From: Candidatus Krumholzibacteriia bacterium
Lineage (GTDB): Bacteria > Krumholzibacteriota > Krumholzibacteriia > WVZY01
Assembly (NCBI GenBank): GCA_036478295.1
Contig: JAZGDW010000307.1
Location: forward strand, 1 to 20,942
DNA length: 20,942 nucleotides
Reading direction: 5' to 3'
This document shows positions 7,485 to 16,843 of this stretch, piece by piece. The notes beneath the pieces are model-generated. The model ran no database searches and was not told the DNA's origin. It saw nothing but the letters and a program-made list of their open reading frames with translations. The first letter of the stretch is position 1, and each line of letters opens with the position of its first letter. The position numbers and the translations under genes are program-made.

Positions 7485-9854
7485 ATGCGAAAAATCCACA
7501 GCGTCCTGGTCTTGACACTCTTGTTGCTCGGCTGCGAATCGGCCGACCGCCCCGAACGTAGCGCGAGGGTGATCGCGCCCGAAGTCGCCGAACAGGTCTC
7601 TTCGCTGTCTCTGAAACGGCTCACCGCAGGCGCCTTTCTCGAACTCACCGTTCCGAACTGCCCCGGCCTGGGCCTGAACACGGCCCAGGTGCCCCCGATA
7701 ACGACATTCGAATGGCAAACCATCGACGGTGTTGCGGATCCGGATTCGGTACGCTGGATACTGATCGCGAGGGCGAGGTTCAACGACGACTGGAACGAGA
7801 CGTTGGACTACATCCGCAACAACCCGGACGCGCCGGAGTGGCACCCGTGGCGGGCATACGACCCGGCGAGCGACACCAATACGCGCTGGGTGACACCCCC
7901 GCTTGACTTCGGGCCCTACGTGTTTGCCGTGCACGGCAAGGAGGCGGGTGGTACGGCGAGCCAGGATTTTGTTCTTGCGCGGAACGCTGTAAGGGTTCTT
8001 GTGAGCACTCGATCCACCGGCCCGCTCGTTACGTTGACGAGTGACTTTATGGATCCCATCGCCAGCGTGAGTCCAAACACAACGGTGACAATTGTGGAAT
8101 TGCCGGGCGGGACCCCCGTGAGTTTTTGCTGGACGGGAGATGCTTCCAGCTACTGCGGTGTCGTCCGCACCTATCGCTATGGCTGGGATGTTCTGGATCT
8201 CTCCGACGATTCGCAGTGGGATGTGGGTTTCACGCCGTCTGACGGGAGTGAGGTGTGCTTGGCGCCGCGCACGTTCTTGTTCGGCACGCACACCTTCATT
8301 GTTGAAATGTACGACAACAGCGGTTTCGTCACGCGCATTCCTGTTACGATCAATTTGACCGGGTCGCCCGTAATGGCTTCGCTGGACATCCGGTCTGGCT
8401 CTTGCCCGAACCCACTCAACCCAAGGTCCAAAGGTGTCCTGGGGGTCGCGCTCCTCGGGTCGGGAGACTTCGACGTGAGAGACGTCGACCTATCGACGCT
8501 CGGCCTGCGTGAGTTCGGTCACGGCGCCGAAGGCGCAAAGCCCGGGCAAAGCAGAATCTTGGACGCAACAACGTACCCGAGCAGCGGCACGGATTGCGCT
8601 TGCCCCGACGAAGGGGCGGACGGTTTTGAGGATCTCCACCTCAAGTTCCGTACGGAGGACGTCGCCGCAGCGATGCGGCCCGCGGTCAAGGGTGACGTGG
8701 TGCGCCTCGTGCTCGAGGGCCTGCTCACAGACGGGACGCCGTTCATTGCGGTGGATTGCGCGCGCATTGTCGGTTTTCAAATTCCCGGCGACGAGCCGCC
8801 GACGGACGGACCGGACACGAGGATCACTCATGTATTGAACACCTATTACATCGATGGCGGGCCGGTCCAGGAGTTCATTGACATTGGCGACGCCGTGCCG
8901 GACACGGTGCCCGACGGCAGCTGGATCACGCTCTTCTACGTGGTACCCGATCCTCTGGATCCCCTGGTATTCTGCACGGACCCGGTCAACCGGTGCATCC
9001 GGTATCAGAAGAACTTCACCAGCCGCTCCGCACGCTTTCCGGGAATCTTCGACGCAACGACCCGGTGGCTGCCTGACGTGCCGGAAGACTCGAATGTATT
9101 CGGGATCACGGATTCCACAAGCATGAACACGGGCACGGTCGAGTACACCGTCAGGGTCCGCTCTGTGGATGCGTTCGACGTGCCGGATGCGACGCCCGCA
9201 ACGGTCGACATCGTGGGAAATTTCCCGCCGACGCTGGATAACGTCGCGATCGAAAACCATGACGGCACCGTCGTCGGCGACGGCGGCAGCGTGGTGTGGG
9301 ACTGGTGGAACCCGGCCAATTTCCACGGGAGCCCCGGGGACACGCTTGATTTCTCCGACCCGCCCAATCTGTGGGTCGTAAGAGAGTTTTTCTTCGTCGT
9401 AAAAGGCTCGGGACACGACCATCCAAAGGAAGACAAGGGCGGTGTGAAGAGCTGGTTCTACACGTTCACACGCTCCGACGACCCGTCGTTCGTGCAGCCA
9501 TTTGCGCGATCCGGCCTGTGGGCCGACGCGGCAGAGGTCAATGCGTTGTGCGACACGGTCAGGCTCACCGTGAGGTACTCGCTCTTAGACGATCCCGGTG
9601 GCAGTATGGCGTGGGAAGCGCTTCCCGACTGGCTGCAGCGAGGCTATGATGTTTCCGTACGGGGCCGGGACACAAAGTCCACGGATGAGTTCGATCAGTT
9701 CATGTTCGTCAATGGAGAGAAGACGCTGATCAACAGGTATCTCACCGCGGCGCTTGGCCGCGAGACCCAGGAAGGCACGACGAGCTTCAATCTCACCATC
9801 GTTCGTGACGACCCGGTTGCCCATGCGCAGGGGCGGATAACGCCCCGTCAATAG
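7485..9854 (+). CDS. Large multidomain lipoprotein with several predicted Ig/FN3-like beta domains; function unknown
   Basis: Short signal peptide with lipobox LLLG-C. Recurring beta-sandwich-like end motifs (GPYVFAVHGKE, GTHTFIVEMYDNSG, EYTVRVRSVDAFDVPDATPA). A central DIRSGSCPNPLNPRSKGVLGVALLG..DGFEDLHLKF module. Confidence 0.8.
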   Translation: MRKIHSVLVLTLLLLGCESADRPERSARVIAPEVAEQVSSLSLKRLTAGAFLELTVPNCPGLGLNTAQVPPITTFEWQTIDGVADPDSVRWILIARARFNDDWNETLDYIRNNPDAPEWHPWRAYDPASDTNTRWVTPPLDFGPYVFAVHGKEAGGTASQDFVLARNAVRVLVSTRSTGPLVTLTSDFMDPIASVSPNTTVTIVELPGGTPVSFCWTGDASSYCGVVRTYRYGWDVLDLSDDSQWDVGFTPSDGSEVCLAPRTFLFGTHTFIVEMYDNSGFVTRIPVTINLTGSPVMASLDIRSGSCPNPLNPRSKGVLGVALLGSGDFDVRDVDLSTLGLREFGHGAEGAKPGQSRILDATTYPSSGTDCACPDEGADGFEDLHLKFRTEDVAAAMRPAVKGDVVRLVLEGLLTDGTPFIAVDCARIVGFQIPGDEPPTDGPDTRITHVLNTYYIDGGPVQEFIDIGDAVPDTVPDGSWITLFYVVPDPLDPLVFCTDPVNRCIRYQKNFTSRSARFPGIFDATTRWLPDVPEDSNVFGITDSTSMNTGTVEYTVRVRSVDAFDVPDATPATVDIVGNFPPTLDNVAIENHDGTVVGDGGSVVWDWWNPANFHGSPGDTLDFSDPPNLWVVREFFFVVKGSGHDHPKEDKGGVKSWFYTFTRSDDPSFVQPFARSGLWADAAEVNALCDTVRLTVRYSLLDDPGGSMAWEALPDWLQRGYDVSVRGRDTKSTDEFDQFMFVNGEKTLINRYLTAALGRETQEGTTSFNLTIVRDDPVAHAQGRITPRQ

Positions 9855-9860
9855 TGCTGG
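9792..9860 (+). repeat. 69-bp direct repeat, copy 1 (3' end of the lipoprotein gene including its stop)
   Basis: 63/69 identical, ungapped, to 12417-12485. Confidence 0.95.
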
Positions 9861-9903
9861 CCCAGTTGAGCATTGCTCCCCTAGCGCCTGCGGACTCTTG
9901 GTG

Positions 9904-11010
9904 TCAACGCGAGTTCACTTTTTGCCCTAACGCTCTTCGCCACATCCACTTCTCCGAAGAGAGGGAAGGTTCGTTGTCGATGAAGTAGGATCCCAAGACG
10001 GAGCGCTGTGCCTGTTCAGGGGTCCCGTAGTTTTTCGTTCCCCGGAACACGACATTGAACTTGCCGGCGATCTCGACCTCAGAGAGTTCGTTGACTGTGA
10101 ACGTGCCTAATTCGACCGACTCGGCGACGAACGAATCGAAGTCGAGCGGCGGATAGCCGGTCTCGGTGTAGAAGTCGGTGATCGCAGCTTCGGGCTGACG
10201 CGATTTCTCCCCAGTGACATTGAGCGGATAGCCGGACTCCATGACCACCGCCAGCGTTACAGGAAGACTTGCCGGATCGAGTAGCGGTGTAGTGAATCCG
10301 ATGGAAAAACTCACATCCGAAATTTCGGGCTCATAGATACGTATCGACGCGGAGAGAGAATAGGAGATCCCGCCCCCGCTGCTCGTCGCCCCCCCACTGG
10401 CGAACAGCTCGTACTCGCCCGCATAGGGACCATCCCGTATCGTGAGCTGGACGGTGTTTGGTTCCGCGTACGCACATCCGCCGGGCGCATCACCGACACG
10501 CGTGAGGGTGGTCAGAAATAGACCGCAGTCACCCACTCCCCCAAAACATCCCACGGGCGAGGCCGCGGTAATTTCATAACTTTCTCTCGTCGTCCACGTG
10601 TCACCGTCGCGCAAGCCCGTCGCCTCGAGGCGCACGGTATATTCGCAATCGCCCCAGGTTCCGTCCACTTCACACGACCAGGAATACTCATTACCGTTCA
10701 CCTGAACGGGACAGCCGCCGCCGGAGAACTCGGAGATAGATATCATCGCGCAGATGAGCTCGGAATCCGTATACTCGGAGGTGTCGGACTGGCCGCATTC
10801 CCAGATCGATTCCTCGATCACGTACCGGCCGGCTGGAAGATTGGCCGCCGAACCCCCCGAAGGTGTTCCGGGTCCAGTGGGCTTGTCATCGTCTTTGCTG
10901 CAACCCACCACCTGCACCAGGATCAAAACCACGATGCCAGCATTGAAAACGACAACCCGTCGCTGTGCCACTATCCTGCTGCACAACCACGAAAACACCT
11001 TCTTTGACAT
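9904..11010 (-). CDS. Hypothetical Cys-rich exported protein, probable lipoprotein (about 368 aa)
   Basis: Long ORF. ATG at 11010 is preceded by GGGGAAAG. Hydrophobic stretch ending VVG-C-SKDDDKPTGP, a Cys-rich N-terminal domain and a beta-rich C-terminal domain. No family recognised. Confidence 0.75.
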   Translation of the reverse strand: MSKKVFSWLCSRIVAQRRVVVFNAGIVVLILVQVVGCSKDDDKPTGPGTPSGGSAANLPAGRYVIEESIWECGQSDTSEYTDSELICAMISISEFSGGGCPVQVNGNEYSWSCEVDGTWGDCEYTVRLEATGLRDGDTWTTRESYEITAASPVGCFGGVGDCGLFLTTLTRVGDAPGGCAYAEPNTVQLTIRDGPYAGEYELFASGGATSSGGGISYSLSASIRIYEPEISDVSFSIGFTTPLLDPASLPVTLAVVMESGYPLNVTGEKSRQPEAAITDFYTETGYPPLDFDSFVAESVELGTFTVNELSEVEIAGKFNVVFRGTKNYGTPEQAQRSVLGSYFIDNEPSLSSEKWMWRRALGQKVNSR

Positions 11011-11165
11011 GGCTTTCCCCTGCCATCTTGCGTGTGCGGGCTGGCTTTCGCGGTGCCGTTGTGAGTCTAGTTGCCAGTATACCACGAAGGGTCATGAGAA
11101 CCCAACACACTCGATCTGTGGTGGCGGATAAAGCGGCAGCTGGGCCAAGCGCTAACAGGTTATGG

Positions 11166-11239
11166 AACCGAAGAGGTAAAAGAGGGCGAGATCGGCATCA
11201 TGTTGTCCCCCTAGCCTCTCTTGTCCTCGTTCTGGGTTC
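11166..11239 (-). other. Imperfect long inverted repeat immediately downstream of the L,D-transpeptidase stop (possible terminator or mRNA stabiliser)
   Basis: The purine arm GAACCGAAGAGGTAAAAGAGGGCGAG is roughly complementary to CTAGCCTCTCTTGTCCTCGTTCTGGGTTC, with a loop of about 20 nt. Confidence 0.45.
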
Positions 11240-12146
11240 AAGCAGGACCGCCGTTGTAAGCATAGACGAACGTACCGTCGCTGATCGTGGGGATTAACGT
11301 GTCATTCACGCTCTGTTCTGTAGCGAAACATCCATGGCTTCTTCCCACTTTCCCCTTTCTGATGCGGCTCTTGGATATGTACCAGGCTCCGTGGAAAATG
11401 ATTTTACGCCTTCTTGCGTTGTCGTTGGTCGGGTCCAACCCCTCGATCACCAGCGCGAGCCCCTTTCCATTCTTCTGGCCGGCCTTGCTCATGCGGGTGT
11501 GGCGCGTAATGAAAGCACCGACACAGGACTGATTCGACCCTTTGACGTTCGACGTTCGAAGTGCAGGACTGTTTTTAGGGCCCGACCTTTTGCCGTGCGT
11601 CGCGGGCTCGCGGAAGCCTACGTTTCCATCGCGGAGGTCGATTGTCCACAAGCGGGGCAGGTTGCAGTTGATGCGGAAGTCGACAAGCGTGATCACGTGG
11701 GGCTTCTTCAGGAGCGGGTGTGCCTGGTGCTCATGGAGCGACCGCATGGCCACCTCCCACAGATCGGGGCGGATGCCGGCGGGGGCATCCCGTAGCTTGC
11801 TCGGTGCGGACCCAGGACCAACCCAGGGTGGAATAACCCCCAAGTCACGGCGCATGTGGTCAGTGATCTGGAAAACGATTCCCCGGGCATCCAGGCGCAA
11901 GTGGTGTCCTCGGTCCTTTATTCGGACCAAGTAATGAAAGGTGCGATCCGAGCTACCTTCGCTGTGAGCACGCATGTTCCTGTGCTTGGCACGGGACATT
12001 CGGTTGGCAAGTTCGTTTCCCCCTCGTCGGGCTCCCGGACTCACCTTACTTTCGATTAATTCCAGAAGGTGTCGACAACTGAGGTCCCCCCCATCGTAAT
12101 TCCGTATAATCTTTTCGCGGAGCCTTGGTGACAGACGGAGAGACAT
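11238..12146 (-). CDS. Murein L,D-transpeptidase catalytic-domain family protein (YkuD_2 type), about 302 aa
   Basis: Motifs TLVDF..RLWTIDL..HGKRSG..SNVKGSNQSCVGAFIT..GLDPTNDNARRRKIIFHGAWY..GRSHGCFA, with catalytic His and Cys present. SD GGAGG precedes ATG 12146. Confidence 0.88.
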   Translation of the reverse strand: MSLRLSPRLREKIIRNYDGGDLSCRHLLELIESKVSPGARRGGNELANRMSRAKHRNMRAHSEGSSDRTFHYLVRIKDRGHHLRLDARGIVFQITDHMRRDLGVIPPWVGPGSAPSKLRDAPAGIRPDLWEVAMRSLHEHQAHPLLKKPHVITLVDFRINCNLPRLWTIDLRDGNVGFREPATHGKRSGPKNSPALRTSNVKGSNQSCVGAFITRHTRMSKAGQKNGKGLALVIEGLDPTNDNARRRKIIFHGAWYISKSRIRKGKVGRSHGCFATEQSVNDTLIPTISDGTFVYAYNGGPA

Positions 12147-12321
12147 GCGACTTCCTCCACCCAGGATGACAACGTTAGCCCTTCTATAGTAATTACCGAA
12201 ACCCACAAGGGAAGTTGGAGAGAATGTGAGATCGGAGGAGCACTCCATCGGAGGAGCCCGAATTTCGCATAATGCCGATTGTCCCATGTAGTCTTGCTAT
12301 ACCAAATTGGTCTTCCCCCTC

Positions 12322-12351
12322 TTGATCGACACCTCGTTAAGGGTGTATACT
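12322..12351 (+). promoter_or_regulatory. Possible sigma70 promoter upstream of the kinase operon
   Basis: TTGATC (12322-27), an 18-bp spacer, then TATACT (12346-51). Confidence 0.45.
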
Positions 12352-12416
12352 CTTAGGGCACTCCGCGCCCGCACCCGATGCCGCGCACCGACCCTGCGCG
12401 GCCCGCAGGGCCTGAC

Positions 12417-12485
12417 CTCACCATCGTTCGTGACGAGCTGGTTGCCCACGCGCCGGTGCGGATGACGCCCCGTCAATAGTGCTGG
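12417..12485 (+). repeat. 69-bp direct repeat, copy 2 (orphan copy of the lipoprotein gene 3' end)
   Basis: Reads LTIVRDELVAHAPVRMTPRQ* versus LTIVRDDPVAHAQGRITPRQ* in copy 1, with 6 substitutions. Confidence 0.95.
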
Positions 12486-12566
12486 ATCAGTCAGAAACGC
12501 GCATCGAAAGTGGCTTCATACGATCCCATTTGCGCCGGCCCGGCCCGGTAGTCCGGAAGGCTAAGC

Positions 12567-15131
12567 GTGATCGGTCGAACCATACGCCATTACAAGATTG
12601 TCGAAAAGATCGGCGAAGGCGGCATGGGAGCGGTCTATAAAGCCAAGCATCTGAAGCTCGACTCCTTCGTTGCCCTGAAATTCCTGCCTCCACACTCCGT
12701 TACACAAGAGGCCGTAAAGAAGCGGTTTATCCAGGAAGCCAAAGCGGCCTCCTCCCTGGAGCATCCGAATATCTGCACCATCCACGACATCGACGAGACC
12801 CCGGAAGGCCGGATGTTCATCGTGATGTCCTACTATGAAGGCGAGACGCTGCAGGACAAGATGGCAAACGGACCGCTGCAACTCGATGAAACCATCGACA
12901 TCACCGCCCAGATCGCGTCGGGCCTGGCGAAGGCGCACGAGCGAGGGATTACCCACCGCGACATCAAGCCGGCGAATGTGCTCATTACGACCGAAGGTGT
13001 GGCGAAGGTCGTTGACTTCGGCCTGGCAAAACTGGCCGGGCGGACGAAAGTCACGAAGTCGGGCACGATGGTAGGCACGGTGGCCTACATGTCTCCCGAA
13101 CAGGCCAGTGGAAAGGAAGTCGATCCGCGCTCGGACGTGTTTTCGTTGGGAGTCGTCCTGTACGAGCTCTTGAGTGGAACACTTCCCTTTTGGGGAGACC
13201 ACGAGGCCGCCGTTATTTACTCAATATTGAATCAGGATCCGAAGCCGCTGAGCGAGTTCCGAAGCGACCTCCAGGAAGGTGTGCAGCGGGTCATCGATAA
13301 GGCACTCGCGAAAAGGCGAGAGGAACGATACCCGAGTGCAGTCGAGTTGCTGGCCGATCTGAAAAGACTGCAAGAAGATCAAATCGTATCGGCACTGGAA
13401 AAAAGGACGACAAAGAGAGTCCACAGGCGCGCGGTTGCTTACGCCGCCATCGGACTCGCTGTGGCCATTGCCGCATATGTCGTTTATCCACGCGTATTTC
13501 CTCCGGGGAGGATCATGTTGGCCGTGCTCCCTTTTGAAAATCTCGGTCCCGCGGAGGATGCGTATTTCGCCGACGGCATCACAGATGAGATCACGGCCCG
13601 CCTGGCGGGGGTTCGCAGGCTCGGTGTCATAGCACGTACGAGCGTGATCCAGTATAAGGATACCAACAAGAATATCCAGCAAATCGGTGAAGAGCTCGGA
13701 GTTGATTATATCCTGGAAGGTACTATCCGCTGGCAGCGTGCGGGCGATGATCCAGGCCGCGTTCGTGTCACGCCACAGCTCATTACGGTTGCTGATGCAA
13801 CGCATCTGTGGGCGAACGTGTACGATGAAGACCTAGCGGGGATCTTCGAGGTGCAGTCCGACATTTCCGAAAAGGTTGTATCCGCACTGAATATTACGCT
13901 TCTGGATCTCGAGCGGGAATTGGTCGAAAGCAGGCCAACAGACAACCTGGAGGCGTTCGACTATTATCTGCGAGGAAAGGAATATGCGAGTCGTGGTGTC
14001 ACAGACTCGAGAGCGACCCGGCTCGCCGGACAACTGTATGAGAAAGCCATCGAGCTGGATCCTGACTTTGCTTCCGCCTATGCACAGCTTTCCAGGGCCT
14101 ACACGGAGCTGTACTGGCACACAGGCCGCGAGGATGAAGACCTGGCCAGGGCGAAGCAGGCCGCGGACAATGCCATGAGGGCTGGCTCCGACATGCCGGA
14201 GGTTCGAGTGGCTGTGGCCTCCTACTATTATCATCTCCACGATTACGACCGGGCATTGGAGGAGCTCTCGCACGCCCGGGAAAGGTGGCCCAATGACAGC
14301 GGGGTTCTGGCAGAGATCGGATACGTCCAACGGCGCATGGGCGACTACGACCGGGCGATCGATAACATTGAAAGGGCGTTCGAGCTCGATCCCCGGAGTG
14401 CCGTCACGGCAATCAACCTCGGAAACACTTTTCTTCGAGTGCGGGAATACGCGAAGGCAGAGGTCTACTTCGATCGAGCAATCTCGTATAATCCCGACGA
14501 GGATATCGCCTATGGTCGCAAGGCCCTGCTATACATGATGCGTGACGGCGGCGCGCAAGCCGCACAGCGCCTCCTGCGCACGGCCGCGGATCTGGTGGAA
14601 CCGACTCCGTGGTTCAATCGAACCTGGGCGTGGGTTGATGCCTGTGCCGGGGATTATCAGGCTGCCGTGGAGAAGTACGCGATCAACAATCCCACGCTAC
14701 CCGGTGCCAACCATTATGACCGGGCGGCGATGTACGGGCTCCTGGGCAGGCCCGAGTTGGAAAGGGCACACTACGATTCCGCCCGTGTCGTGTTGGAGCA
14801 GAAGGTTGCGGAGGCGCCGGAGGAGGCCGGGTACCACGCCGGCCTGGGGATTGCGTATGCGGGTCTCGGGCGAAAAGAAGACGCAATCCGGGAAGGAGAA
14901 TTGGCCGTCCAGCTGGCGCCGATATCGAAGGACGCCCACTGGAATCCCGCTATCGCGATCAAGCTGGCCCGAATCTACACGATGGCCGGCGAGTACGACG
15001 CGGCGACAGACCGGCTCGAGCAGCTATTGTCCATCCCAGTGGACTTGTCCGTTCCGCTGCTTCGAATCGACCCAGCCTGGGCTCCGATGAGAGGATATCC
15101 GCGGTTCCAAGAGCTGGTGGGAGCACGGTGA
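12567..15131 (+). CDS. Hanks-type Ser/Thr protein kinase fused to a TM helix, a TolB-N-like domain and TPR repeats
   Basis: [55 protein letters not shown] hydrophobic segment follows, then [28 protein letters not shown] and C-terminal TPRs. Confidence 0.96.
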   Translation: MIGRTIRHYKIVEKIGEGGMGAVYKAKHLKLDSFVALKFLPPHSVTQEAVKKRFIQEAKAASSLEHPNICTIHDIDETPEGRMFIVMSYYEGETLQDKMANGPLQLDETIDITAQIASGLAKAHERGITHRDIKPANVLITTEGVAKVVDFGLAKLAGRTKVTKSGTMVGTVAYMSPEQASGKEVDPRSDVFSLGVVLYELLSGTLPFWGDHEAAVIYSILNQDPKPLSEFRSDLQEGVQRVIDKALAKRREERYPSAVELLADLKRLQEDQIVSALEKRTTKRVHRRAVAYAAIGLAVAIAAYVVYPRVFPPGRIMLAVLPFENLGPAEDAYFADGITDEITARLAGVRRLGVIARTSVIQYKDTNKNIQQIGEELGVDYILEGTIRWQRAGDDPGRVRVTPQLITVADATHLWANVYDEDLAGIFEVQSDISEKVVSALNITLLDLERELVESRPTDNLEAFDYYLRGKEYASRGVTDSRATRLAGQLYEKAIELDPDFASAYAQLSRAYTELYWHTGREDEDLARAKQAADNAMRAGSDMPEVRVAVASYYYHLHDYDRALEELSHARERWPNDSGVLAEIGYVQRRMGDYDRAIDNIERAFELDPRSAVTAINLGNTFLRVREYAKAEVYFDRAISYNPDEDIAYGRKALLYMMRDGGAQAAQRLLRTAADLVEPTPWFNRTWAWVDACAGDYQAAVEKYAINNPTLPGANHYDRAAMYGLLGRPELERAHYDSARVVLEQKVAEAPEEAGYHAGLGIAYAGLGRKEDAIREGELAVQLAPISKDAHWNPAIAIKLARIYTMAGEYDAATDRLEQLLSIPVDLSVPLLRIDPAWAPMRGYPRFQELVGAR

Positions 15132-15154
15132 ACCATTCTAGAGAGGAAGTGGTC

Positions 15155-15457
15155 ATGTTCATTGCCATGAATCGGTTTCGCATCGCCGAAGGACGTGAAG
15201 GCGACTTCGAGGAAATGTGGCGAGGTCGCGAGTCTCAGCTGGACGATATTCCCGGCTTCCGGGAGTTTCACCTCTTGCGGGGCCCAACGGGGGACGGGGA
15301 GACCCTCTTCGCGTCGCATTCGGTGTGGGACTCGCGCGCGCATTTTGATGCGTGGACCAACTCGGAAGCATTCCGCAAGGCCCATGCCCGGGCGCGCGCA
15401 CCCAAAGGCACGTACCTCGGGCCGCCGAAGTTCGAAGGGTTCGAGGTGGTGCTGTAG
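15155..15457 (+). CDS. ABM-family monooxygenase, IsdG/HmuQ-like putative heme-degrading enzyme (100 aa)
   Basis: MFIAMNRF..FEEMW..PGFREFHLLRG..W.S...F.AWTNSEAFRKAH retains the IsdG-type Asn, Trp and His. SD GAGAGG precedes ATG 15155. Confidence 0.88.
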   Translation: MFIAMNRFRIAEGREGDFEEMWRGRESQLDDIPGFREFHLLRGPTGDGETLFASHSVWDSRAHFDAWTNSEAFRKAHARARAPKGTYLGPPKFEGFEVVL

Positions 15458-15523
15458 GTTGGGTAGCCCGTTGGGTACCGTGACCAGGGGCCGGTCCGGG
15501 TCCGGGAAGCAAGGTGATCGATC

Positions 15524-16747
15524 TTGAGCGGTAAGACGTCGAAACGGCAGCGTGAGATGGAGCGCCACAAGCAACAGGCGAAGGCAGCGCATCGCCGGGC
15601 GAAGGCGCGGTGGAAGAGGGCCGTCAAGACCGTTGCATTGGTCCTCGCGAGTATTGCGCTGGCACTGATTCTGGGCGAGGTCCTGGTGTTCGCCGTGTAC
15701 GGTGAGAAATTCGGCAAACGGCCCGGGTTCTACGTGGCGGACAAGTTTCTGGGTTGGAAACCCGCGCCCAATCTCGACCATACATTCTTTGGGACCGATT
15801 ACAGTATCAAGGTGGAGACCGACGCGGACGGCTACCGGCTCGGGAAGCTGGGAGAAGTAGACTACAGCAAGAAACTGGTCGTGCTCTGTGGAGACTCGAA
15901 CACTTTTGGCTGGGGCGTTTCCACCGACGAGACGTTCGCCTCGTATCTGGACGAAATGGTCTATGAAGCCTCCGGCGGAACCACGCGGGTGGTGAATCTG
16001 GGAGTCGGCGGCTACGGGCTCGTCCAGGAGTGTGATCGCCTGAAGGAATTTCTCGAAAAACACCCGAACGCCCACGTCGTGTCGCTAATCGTGCAGCACA
16101 GTCCGAACGACGCAACCGATAACATAGCGCAGTTGGGCTACCACACGGGAGACTGGGAGACCAAAACGATCGGCAAGCCCCGAAGCAGTTTTCACCTGGT
16201 AAACCTTGTTAATTTCGCCCGGGAGAGATACGCGGAGAGCAAGCAGCCAGCAACCGAAGACACCGGCGCAAAGGAGGGCAGGCATCTTTTTCTGCAGGAC
16301 ATGCTCTTTGCATACGAAAGGCAGGGCGCGGTGGTCAAGCTTCCGTCGGTCGTTACGATAGGCAAGAGACGATTGTCCGTAAGCACAGCCACGAGTCAGG
16401 ACTGGAGAGCGAAGGAGACGCTGATGCGCGGGTGGCTTTCGGAAATCCAAGAAGGTTTTGTGCTGGGTTCGATCGAGTGCATGGAGGGATTGCAGAAGCC
16501 CGATACGAAGGTATTTCATGCCTTCATTTACACGGCCGCGGACTGGTATGTCGACCAGGTCACCGAGCTGGCGGAACAATCCCACGAGCCGGGTGCCGCA
16601 ATAGTCACGTTGGGGAGAGTGCCCGAGGCGGGGACGTGGGACCACCCGGTCCTGAACGTACACACCGGCGGGCACTACACGGCTGAGTTCAATGAGTACT
16701 GGGCGCAAAGCACCCTGGCCCGTTTGCGCGAACACGGGGGGCTTTAG
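15524..16747 (+). CDS. Membrane-anchored SGNH/GDSL hydrolase-family protein
   Basis: N-terminal TM helix. Block I GDSNTFGWG, block II NLGVGGYG, block III PND, C-terminal GGHYT. The start codon is uncertain (TTG 15524 or a nearby ATG). Confidence 0.82.
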   Translation: MSGKTSKRQREMERHKQQAKAAHRRAKARWKRAVKTVALVLASIALALILGEVLVFAVYGEKFGKRPGFYVADKFLGWKPAPNLDHTFFGTDYSIKVETDADGYRLGKLGEVDYSKKLVVLCGDSNTFGWGVSTDETFASYLDEMVYEASGGTTRVVNLGVGGYGLVQECDRLKEFLEKHPNAHVVSLIVQHSPNDATDNIAQLGYHTGDWETKTIGKPRSSFHLVNLVNFARERYAESKQPATEDTGAKEGRHLFLQDMLFAYERQGAVVKLPSVVTIGKRRLSVSTATSQDWRAKETLMRGWLSEIQEGFVLGSIECMEGLQKPDTKVFHAFIYTAADWYVDQVTELAEQSHEPGAAIVTLGRVPEAGTWDHPVLNVHTGGHYTAEFNEYWAQSTLARLREHGGL

Positions 16748-16760
16748 TCCCGGCCGTTCG

Positions 16761-16843
16761 GCGCTGGCGCATCCGCGCGGCCACTTGCCGCGGCGGCTCA
16801 CCCGCGCTGGCGAATCCGTGCGGTTTCTTGTTTCGGCGGCTCA
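16761..16843. repeat. 40-bp direct repeat (two copies, period 43) between convergent genes
   Basis: GCGCTGGCGCATCCGCGCGGCCACTTGCCGCGGCGGCTCA (16761-16800) versus GCGCTGGCGAATCCGTGCGGTTTCTTGTTTCGGCGGCTCA (16804-16843), 32/40 identical. Confidence 0.8.

Noticed and set aside
9858..11147. 11-bp inverted repeat (TGGCCCAGTTG / CAGCTGGGCCA) flanking the Cys-rich lipoprotein gene as transposon ends
   Set aside because: It is short, has one mismatch, and shows no target duplication or transposase, so it is compatible with chance in GC-rich DNA.
11140..11237. Integron attC site between the two islet genes (AAC...GTTAGCG on the minus strand)
   Set aside because: The L-box pairing and spacing do not fit attC structure, there is no second attC after the other gene, and no integrase is present.
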